From positions 30,001 through 62,000 of the forward strand of contig BAAFSQ010000020.1 of assembly GCA_054661495.1 (NCBI GenBank): a DNA stretch of 32,000 bases, given 5' to 3'. The translations under genes were made by a program, and so were the position numbers. The notes beneath the pieces were generated by a model, which searched no databases, was not told where the DNA came from, and was given only the letters and a program-made list of their open reading frames with translations. Shown piece after piece: positions 23,751-32,000 of this stretch (within the stretch, counting starts at the first letter, position 1; each line of letters starts with the position of its first letter). This DNA is from Zygophlyctis sp. KS116. Its lineage: Eukaryota > Fungi > Chytridiomycota.

Positions 23751-25261
23751 ATGCAAACTCTAAACAGTATATTATCAGACATTGGTATGAAATCGTATCA
23801 GTGGAATCTATTCTTTGTTTGTGGCTCAGGATGGATTGCTGATAATATGTGGTTACAGGGAATTTCCGCGGTCTTGCCAAAAGTACAACAGGAATTTGGA
23901 CTCAGTAATGAATTATCCGGACTCATGATTACAATGTCAATGTTGGGTATGACGGTAGGAAGTAGTATTTGGGGACGTCTCTCTGATAAAATTGGTAGGA
24001 AACCTTCGTTTACGTATACTCTATTGATTGCATTTTTGTTTGGATCAGCATGCGCATTGAGTAATTCTTTTACATTACTATGTATATTTCTTTTTGGGAT
24101 GGGGACAGGAGTTGGAGGTAATTTACCTGTTGATGGGGCACTGTTTTTAGAGTTTATGCCGCCAGAAAGACAAGGACTTTTAACTCTATTATCTATATTT
24201 TGGCCTGTTGGATCAGTGATTTCATCATGTTTGGCATGGGGTTTTATTCCAAATTATGAGTCTGGATGGAGATTTGTGTTTTTTTCTCTTGGAATTATTA
24301 CACTAATCATGTTTGTTATGAGGACTATATTCTTTAAATTATACGAATCACCAAAATTCTTGATCTCTTGTGGTAGATTTGAAGAGGCTTTTAAAGTTTT
24401 ACAAATCTTGGCAAAACAAAATAATGTTGAAATTGAAATTGATTTTCAAGAATTCAAGGATAGTTTTCAAATAGAGTCAAAAAGTAATGAATCAATCACT
24501 AGTAATCATATTGAATCGGATTCAATGTCACCAAACGAAAATCAAGTTCTTTTAGATCAAGAAGTATCATCTGAGAATTCATCATTTTGGAAAAGAATTA
24601 TGGATCCTTTAAAATCAGAGCCATGGTCTGAATTGTTTTCACACGAATATAGACAGACTACAATTCTTATATGGTAACCTTTAAAAAATAAAGTAAATTA
24701 GGTGTATTTGGACTTTTGTCTCATTTGGTTATTCAATGTTTAACGGATTTTTAACAAAATATCTTGAAAAGTCTTCATCTTCTGAAGGCGGTTTGTACCA
24801 AAAATATTTATTGATTAACAGTTTTGGAATTCCTGGATCTATTTTGGGTATGTTTAGTTTATTGATTTCAAGGTTGTTACTTGGTTGATTCTAGATTAGG
24901 TAGAAAAGGAACAATGGCATTAGCAACAGTTGGGACGTCAATTGCATTATTTGTTTCTACTCTATTTTCAGGTTCTGGGGCAGTTTTTGGAAACTGTATA
25001 GCTTCCTTTCTTCAAAACATCATGTGGGGAGTTATCTATGCATATACCCCAGAAGTATTTCGCCCATCATGTCGAGGGACAGCTGTGGGAATTGCGGCTT
25101 CATTATCTAGAATATTTGGATCAACAGCACCTGTAGTAGCAGGAGCCTTATTTAATATCAACTCAAATTTGCCGTTGATTGTCTCATCTATGTCTATTTT
25201 GATAGCATCCTTTTGTATGATTTTGTTACCTATTGAAACACGAGGATTGGATAGATTTTGA
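23751..25261 (+). CDS. MFS transporter, SV2/SVOP-like (485 aa)
   Basis: Introns 24674-24701, 24848-24872. WGRLSDKIGRK, GVGGNLPVDGALFLEF.P, ESPKFL, LGRKG, YAYTPEVF...RGT, LPIETRG. Confidence 0.92.
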
Positions 25262-25546
25262 AACAGCATTTGGTCTCTCTCAAATCTTTTCAGAAAGCAG
25301 TAAATATGATACTGAAGCTTTTAGTAGCTGCTCATCATATCAGCTGATCAATCCCAATTCGAATGCGACCCATCGTTTCATGTCTTTAAATCAGATCAAT
25401 TCATTTTATTATTAGCTAATGCATCAAATTACTTTAACTATTTACATGATGATAAATCTCATTTTCAAGCTAAAGGCGGTACACGTCACTCACACACTAC
25501 ACTGACCTCACCTTCCATTGTTTCAAATTTTTAGTTAAAATCATTG

Positions 25547-26634
25547 ATGGCTTTAGACATGTCCTTGATATACTCTTTGATTCTTATGCTTTCTGCTAAT
25601 GTTGAATCTGCAACTATCGCTGAGCTGATTGCAGAGCGAAAAGCTACCATGGGTCGTGCAGATGCAGCGATTGCTTCCAATCCTGAATGGAATCAACCAG
25701 GAGCCTATTCTCTCTTTATCTCAACTGATGCAGGAATGCAAAGAGCTAATCTCCCTTCAAACTCTTTGGGAAGCATTATGGTGGCTCAAAGCATTGCGTT
25801 TAAAACTGCCCCAAATTACCAAATTCTCAAAGACACTAAATCCCAAAATATAATGGTTTATGGTAAAGTTTTAATTATTTAACTCTCAAGATAACTATCT
25901 TGGAGGTCAAGACATTCCTGAGATCCACTGTAGATTTGGAACTGGAGAGGTTTTGGCGCCTCAACAGATCCAAGCTGACAACGGATGGCTTTACATCATG
26001 GATGGACCAATATTCCCTCCCGGACCCGCTGATGCAGCTATAAGATCTATTGGGACAAGACATGGTTCAGGTGGCTCTGCTTTTCTTCAATTGGTTCAAT
26101 CCGCAGGCATGACTGATTTCCTAAATTCGCTTAAGGATGTTACCATGTAAGATTATGATTTATCTGATCAATAGGTGGATTCCGGTTGATGCTGCAATTC
26201 TTAGTTTTAATGCTACGCAATACACCCCGGAGCAACTAAAATCAATCATTCTCTATCATGTCACTTCAAGTGTTCGGTATTCAACTGCTTTCAATCCTGG
26301 GACTATTCCTTCGCAGTTGCAGGGTCAAACAGTGACAGTCGCTGTCGGCTTCGACGCTGCGGTTGGGCATGACTCTCTCACCTTGAATGGTAATGCTAAA
26401 GTTGTTGTTGCAGATACTTTTGCCACTAGTGGGGTGATTCATTTGATTGATAGAGTTCTGATTCCTGCCCAGTTCCCAACGGTGGTAATCCCCACAATTA
26501 CATCTTCTAAGGGAGCCACTGTAACTGCCACTGGCTCTACAACTTCAAAGTCATCCGACATTCCGGCTAAAAATGGTGGAACAAAGGTTATTGCTGGTAT
26601 TTTGGCAGGATTCTTTGCTTATATGCTTTTGTAA
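25547..26634 (+). CDS. Secreted, probably GPI-anchored fasciclin (FAS1) protein (343 aa)
   Basis: Introns 25863-25890, 26147-26174. Signal peptide, ADNGWLYIMDGPI, VTM|WIPVDAA, LLYHV-type ILYHV, ATSGVIHLIDRVLIP, S/T-rich stalk and hydrophobic C-terminus. Confidence 0.85.
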
Positions 26635-26769
26635 GCTGGAATTAATGGTCATTAGTATGAAATTAGAATGCTCTTGACAAAAATTGAATTTTTGTTTGAG
26701 ATTTTGAGTTTGCAAGTATTATCAGTTAATCCGGGATAATTTATCGGACATTTGAGTTTGTCGTGTTTG

Positions 26770-28254
26770 ATGGGAAATCGTGTGTCTCGAACAGGCTACG
26801 GTTCTTCAACTGAAAATCCACAAATGCAGGCCGAAGAGCTAATTAATCTAGAGCGGGTAGATGCCGTGCCTAATGCAGAAGTTTTAGAATCAAATCTTTA
26901 CTTTGGGCCAAAGTTTCTATTGGATTTCTCACAGCATCCTGCATATGACTCTGGCCTATCAAGAAATGAAATAGCAAGAATATTTTGGGATGAAATATGG
27001 AGTCTTTTTTCTGGAAATGGTGGATTAATGACTGAATCGCAAATGGCGCAATATGGAAATTTATATCAGCAGGCGAGTCTCTAAATTCTAATATTAGTCA
27101 GCAATATCATGCCAGCAAACATCAGTCATTGAATCTAGAGTAAATCTGATCAAAAACTCTATCGAAGTGCGTAAAAGATCGTCCGATCAGTTTTCTGTCT
27201 CATTTACATTTGATTCATCCGAAACTTGCATGATACATTTTTATTGGATAGCTTCAGAATACATTAATTGGTCAAACGACGTCATAAAATCAATAGATTA
27301 CAAATCAAAGGAATCCGAAAATAATATGCATTGGACCTTTGGTCCTTTTACACCTGCCCTCCAGCAAACTTTTGATCTTCCGGATTCTCATCTTCTTGAT
27401 TTATCAGTCATCAATTTTAGAGATCTGGATGTTGATGATGATATACCCCGAGAGGAAGAAATAGATTCTCTTCAAAGTCTAGAGAACGGTGAGCCGAAAG
27501 AGAATCAAATTTCGGACGGAGAGAAAAAACAAATTTTCCCATTGATTATTGTATTAGAAACAATCGGATCAGGTAAAGATACATTTTCGCATTTATGTTA
27601 TAGGAATCCCATCAGAAGATTTATCGCATGTATCCAGTAACCAAATGACGTATGTCCGATTCAAATTAAAAGATGAAGGGATGATTCCAAAAGTCTTAAA
27701 GCAAAAGATAATTGTACGAAATTAGATATTTTAAATGAAAGATTGATGGTGTTCCATATATATTGCAGGATATATATGGTTTTCCGGATGGGGGGACGGA
27801 TGATCCCGTGAATAACGGTAAAGTTGTAGTTTCTAATTCTTAAGATGATTTAAAATCAATGAGAGAATGTGTGATTTGTATGTCTGCTCCAAAAGATACA
27901 ATTGCGATCCCATGTCGTCACTTGTGTGTTTGCAAAGATTGCGCAGACATTCTCCGTCAGCCCCCAACCAGTCAACCATCTCCTCCTAAATGTCCAATTT
28001 GTCGTCAAGGTATAATTCTTCAAATAATCTTTAAAGTACTCCATTCGTTGCTTCAGATTAGTCTGCCAAAAGAATTTAGGAAAGAAGCATCAAGGGCGTC
28101 GCTCAATACAGGCATTCTAAAAACTGCTCCAATTATCGAAAAAGATGTTCCTGAAATACCATGCTCGTCAAACGCTACAGAAGGAGATAATATTCTTGGA
28201 AATTCAAATCTCGATGAGGATGATTATGATAGAATGGAATGGAGGAGACTTTGA
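26770..28254 (+). CDS. MGRN1/RNF157/LOG2-family RING E3 ligase (448 aa)
   Basis: Introns 27073-27097 (GC-AG), 27573-27603, 27714-27741, 27818-27844, 28010-28036. N-myristoylation-type start MGNRVS, VNLIKNSI, VLKQKIIIDGVPYILQDIYG, and RING CVIC..PCRHLCVC..C..CPICR. Confidence 0.9.
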
Positions 28255-28308
28255 TGACGGGTATTTTCCGCTAACAATGGGATCACAAACAAACGTTTAA
28301 ATAATTAA

Positions 28309-29823
28309 ATGAGTCACAACAGCCTAGTTTCTTTACTTCGCACATTTAGCGACAGTCTTTTATTAACAGCCCCAAATCCGTCCGATTTTCTTTCCCAAAA
28401 TGATCAAGATAATTCGGACATACAATCCATTCAAGAACCAGCATCTGATCAAGATATGGATGATTCATGGGTTTCACATAGTGAAGATTTGTCTTGCTCT
28501 AATACTGAAGAAAATGATCATGGGTGCTCTTCCAACAGCTTGTGTCATTCTCAAGGAAACCATTCTGACTTGAGAAAAAAGATTATGGCAATTCAGACCG
28601 ATTCATCAATAGCACCTAATGAAAAGTCAAAAAAAATCCAGGAGTTGATGTCCAGTAAATGGGATGCCAAACAGCAAGAGGAGACTCGATCAGATGGAAA
28701 ATCCCAAAATCTTTTAAAGGATAAACGAGATGATTTTTCAACTCTGTTACCAAAAGATAAAGAGGTCACATATCATAGTCCAACTATAATGGGCTGTAAA
28801 CATTATCAACGAAGAATCAAACTTCAAGCTCACTGTTGTGGTAACTGGTATGTTTGTAGATTTTGCCATGATGAAGTATCAGATCACACAATCACTAGGT
28901 AATTTTTATACCTAAAGTTTATAGAAACTTGATTTCAAAAATGCTATGTATGAATTGCCTCACAGACCAGCCTGCTGGACAGGAATGCGTAGAATGCAAA
29001 GAGAAAATCAGTCGCTATTACTGCAAAGAATGTAAACTATGGGATGATGATCCAAGAAAAGACATTTATCACTGTTATGACTGTGGAATATGTCGAATTG
29101 GAAAGGGCCTAGGAAAAGACTACTTTCACTGTGAGACCTGTAATGTTTGTATGGCAATCGGTCTTAAAGGTCGACATAAATGTATCGAGCGAAACTTAGA
29201 GTCTGATTGCCCTATTTGTGGAGAATATATGTTTACTTCTACTTCAACAGTAATTTTTATGCCTTGTGGACATTGCATGCACCACAAATGCCACCAACAA
29301 TATATTCAAACATCTTATCAATGCCCAACATGTCTTAAATCACTTGCAGATGTTTCTGATTACTTTAAGAGAATTGATCAAGCTTTAGAAGAACATAAAA
29401 TGCCCGTAGAATATAACAACTCATACTCATTTATCTATTGTAATGATTGTGAAAAGAAATGCCATGCAAAATATCATTTTATCTATCATAAATGCGCATT
29501 TTGCAATGGATACAATACAAAAATATTAGGGACTTGCGAAGGATTACCTGAAGGAGCAGTTATTGCAGAGTTAAAAGAAACACCATCATCAGAGTCTGCA
29601 ACAATTCAAGCCGAATCACAGAATTCCTTAGAATCGGGTATTGATGGAGATGGCGCAGATGCCACATCAGATCATGAATCTCAAAATGATTTTAGCGGAT
29701 ACTTTTGTCACGAGTGTGAGGTAGATAATTTATTATTTTAAATACTAGCTACCAGCAGAAATATCTAATACAGAGACTCCAGTATGTAATACTTGTGGAT
29801 CACATTTTATAGAGGAATTTTAA
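28309..29823 (+). CDS. Pirh2/RCHY1-like CHY-CTCHY-RING E3 ligase with extra C-terminal zinc ribbon (486 aa)
   Basis: Introns 28899-28924, 29721-29748. GCKHYQRR, CRFCHDE, YHCYDCGICRIG, CPICGEYMFTS..PCGHCMH..C, YQCPTC, CNDC...YHFIYHKC..C.GYNT. Confidence 0.92.
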
Positions 29824-29871
29824 TAAAGATCTTTTTTAGTTAGTTTTTTGAATTTTCACGTAAATTTCCCA

Positions 29872-31696
29872 ATGAAAGATTCAGTTGGTTCAGTCGACGA
29901 TAAATCCATTGGCAAGGCTGAGCAGCTGCTACAAAATATTTATTCAAAAACGGCAAACATTATTGTTAACGGGAGGACGCCATGTACTTCTAAAAAGCTC
30001 AACAAATGGTTCAATTTGGAAGAAATTGATTCGCTAAAGGAAGAATTAAAGTTATGGGGGGAATTTTCTATCAAGGGAAGCATGCCTCCATTGATTATTC
30101 AGATTTACTTGGATACTAGTAAACTTCATCCTTTGCATATGCTCTTGTTAAAAAACGAGAGTACCGGTCGCTACGAAACACTGGGAAACGATCAACTAGC
30201 TGATTTTGAAAATGATACTCCAATCAGGAAAAAATCAATACTCTTGGAAAGCTGGCAATTAACTCTAGCGCCGTCGGGGAACTCTCAAAAGGCGGATTTA
30301 CCTCTGATTTACAAGAAACATATTGCATTTTTTAGAAGATTATATTTTTATGTAAGGCTAATGCCTTCTTTTAGGTTAAAGAAACGAATGGAAAAAGGAG
30401 ACATTGGATTTAAAAGTCATCAATTGGGATATAGAATATCTAATTCTAGAGAAAATATACCAAATGAAGCTGGATTAGGTAAATAAATCTATATAATAAA
30501 CTATGAAGATCAATTGCATTTATCTGGAAATTTAACAAATGGAATTGTAGAGACTAATTTTGGCGCAATGGATACGCCTTTTGGGTAATACGAGATTGTA
30601 ATTAATCAAAGACTTGCAAATCTTCATGTTACATTTAGAAGGGATTGTGATTTTCGAATTGATACCTCAGAACTAGTTTTAGCTGAAAGATTTGCAGATG
30701 TTCAAGATGAATATTTTTCAGTGAATCAAGGCCACGTAAATGTTGCGTCTTCAGTACAAAGAGCATATTTGATACAGAGGAAATCATCTACTGCATCATT
30801 TTCTACAGATAGCGAGCCTCCGAAAAGTTATACCGCACCTTCTTTTGAGTTTAGAGCAGGTTCTCTAAAGTCTCATGATATAATTGGTCAAAGTCTAGGA
30901 GATTCTCAAAATTTGAGATTTAGAAGTGCTGGAAATCGACGATCAAGTATAACTCCAGGTTCTTTACCATCACCCTCTATGTTGGCTTTTACGCCTCCTT
31001 CAGTCACTTCATCTTTTAGAAATAATGTGGGTAGCTATATCTCTAACCGTGATATTCCTCCCTTTTCAACGGCACCAGATTTCAAGCCAGATTTTATAAA
31101 TAGTACAGAAGGAAGCCCTCCATTTGCTTTGGGTGGAATCATGGTATAATATTCATTATTAACTATAGGCTTCTGTCAAGAGTCATGTTTCGGAAAAACC
31201 TTCTGATGCAATGGTATTACTTCGTCAAGCTCCTGTTCCCCAATCACTATCAATGTCTATTCGGCCTGACTCGGAGATGTACTCTATTAGCGCTCCTCAG
31301 CAATATGTATTTAGTCCAAGGCATTCATCTGTATTGCTTTTTAATCGTAATCAAAGAAATTCGCCTCCAGCATTTACAATTGATCAGGTACGCATTTTCA
31401 TTTTGATTTTAGGCTTTACTCTTTCGTAATGAAGAATCCAGGAATAAAACCATTCAAGCTATAACAAATGAATCCCAAGATTCTAGAAATAGTGTGATTG
31501 ACTCTGGGCCGTATTTAAAAAGAGCAAAGGTGATTTCATAAGGCTGATTCTTTAGGAAGCAATTTTAAGATTTAAACAATTAAAGGAAACTAATCTTGTA
31601 TTTGCAGCGTCTATTTTGGGTAGCTCAAGTACCAAATCATTTGCTGGGGATGGAGATGATGATTTGCTGTTTGCCATGAGTGAGCTGGGTCATTAA
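29872..31696 (+). CDS. ATG13: Autophagy protein Atg13 (HORMA + disordered tail; 563 aa)
   Basis: Introns 30479-30508, 30585-30611, 31144-31168, 31388-31412, 31530-31555. NKWFNL, ILLESW, IYKK.IAFFR.LY.Y.RLMP, TPFG..V.FRRDCDF, and C-terminal DDDLLFAMSEL resembling the Atg1-binding motif. Confidence 0.9.
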
Positions 31697-31736
31697 AAGA
31701 TTTAGCTTCGCGAACAAGAAGAAGCTTTTCCCCAAA

Positions 31737-32000
31737 ATGATTGACATTGATGAAAAACACAAAGTTGGGACTCTAAGCAGAACCACATGCATTCCTGATA
31801 ATTTTTACGGATCACATCGTTCTTTTCTCATTTGCATGGATGGATCAGAAAATTCAGAATATGCTTTTCATTGGACTATTTCAAATCTTGTTCAGGATGG
31901 TGACCATATCATGCTACTACGCATACTCCCCGAACTAGATTTGACTGATATCTATGTTTTGGGGTATGACTTTGTTGATGAAATCCAAGAGTCTGCTGAA
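31737..32000 (+). CDS. Universal stress protein (USP) domain protein, 5' part only
   Basis: Open frame from ATG 31737 to the window end: RSFLICMDGSENSEYAFHWTISNLVQDGDHIMLLRI. Absent from the ORF track because there is no stop in the window. Confidence 0.85.
   Translation, partial: MIDIDEKHKVGTLSRTTCIPDNFYGSHRSFLICMDGSENSEYAFHWTISNLVQDGDHIMLLRILPELDLTDIYVLGYDFVDEIQESAE

Noticed and set aside
25262-25546. C/D snoRNA-like box pairs (ATGATGA 25446..CTGA 25505 on +, and a ~50-nt pair on -) and a CA-rich tract
   Set aside because: Too short, no terminal stem, and only 7-9 nt of recalled rRNA complementarity; probably promoter or UTR.
124-31696. Fragmented ORFs as pseudogenes, frameshifting or stop-codon reassignment
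   Set aside because: Every break is resolved by a short intron (GT-AG or GC-AG) that restores conserved motifs, and all models are in frame under the standard code.
1-32000. CRISPR arrays, transposons, tRNA or rRNA genes
   Set aside because: None seen; spacers are all under 300 nt and no repeats arrays or transposase motifs are evident.

Overview
Extremely compact, AT-rich eukaryotic DNA, most likely from a zoosporic (chytrid-type) fungus: fungal LYS2 alpha-aminoadipate reductase occurs together with the flagellar protein CFAP57. The fragmented ORF track is explained by spliceosomal mini-introns. I reconstructed 16 complete genes and one partial gene by hand, with 54 introns. Of these, 53 are 24-32 nt and one is 69 nt, and every complete model sums to a multiple of 3. 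Genes in order: UTP14, CFAP57, a SAM-methyltransferase/D-Ala-D-Ala-ligase-like ATP-grasp fusion, derlin, LYC1-like GNAT, RasGEF, GDA1/CD39 apyrase, an unknown coiled-coil protein, LYS2, AAR2, Nrd1/Seb1, an SV2-like MFS, fasciclin, an MGRN1/LOG2 RING, a Pirh2-like CHY-RING, ATG13 and a USP (partial). Highlights: (1) a prokaryote-style methyltransferase+ATP-grasp fusion enzyme of unknown product, carrying the only long, hairpin-containing intron; (2) operon-like 11-54 nt spacing between co-oriented genes and a 37-nt head-to-head spacer; (3) a hidden C/D snoRNA candidate antisense to 18S rRNA; (4) a Pirh2 with an extra RNF126-type zinc ribbon; (5) GC-AG, AAG-acceptor and stopless in-frame mini-introns. 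All family calls come from motif recognition; no searches were run.
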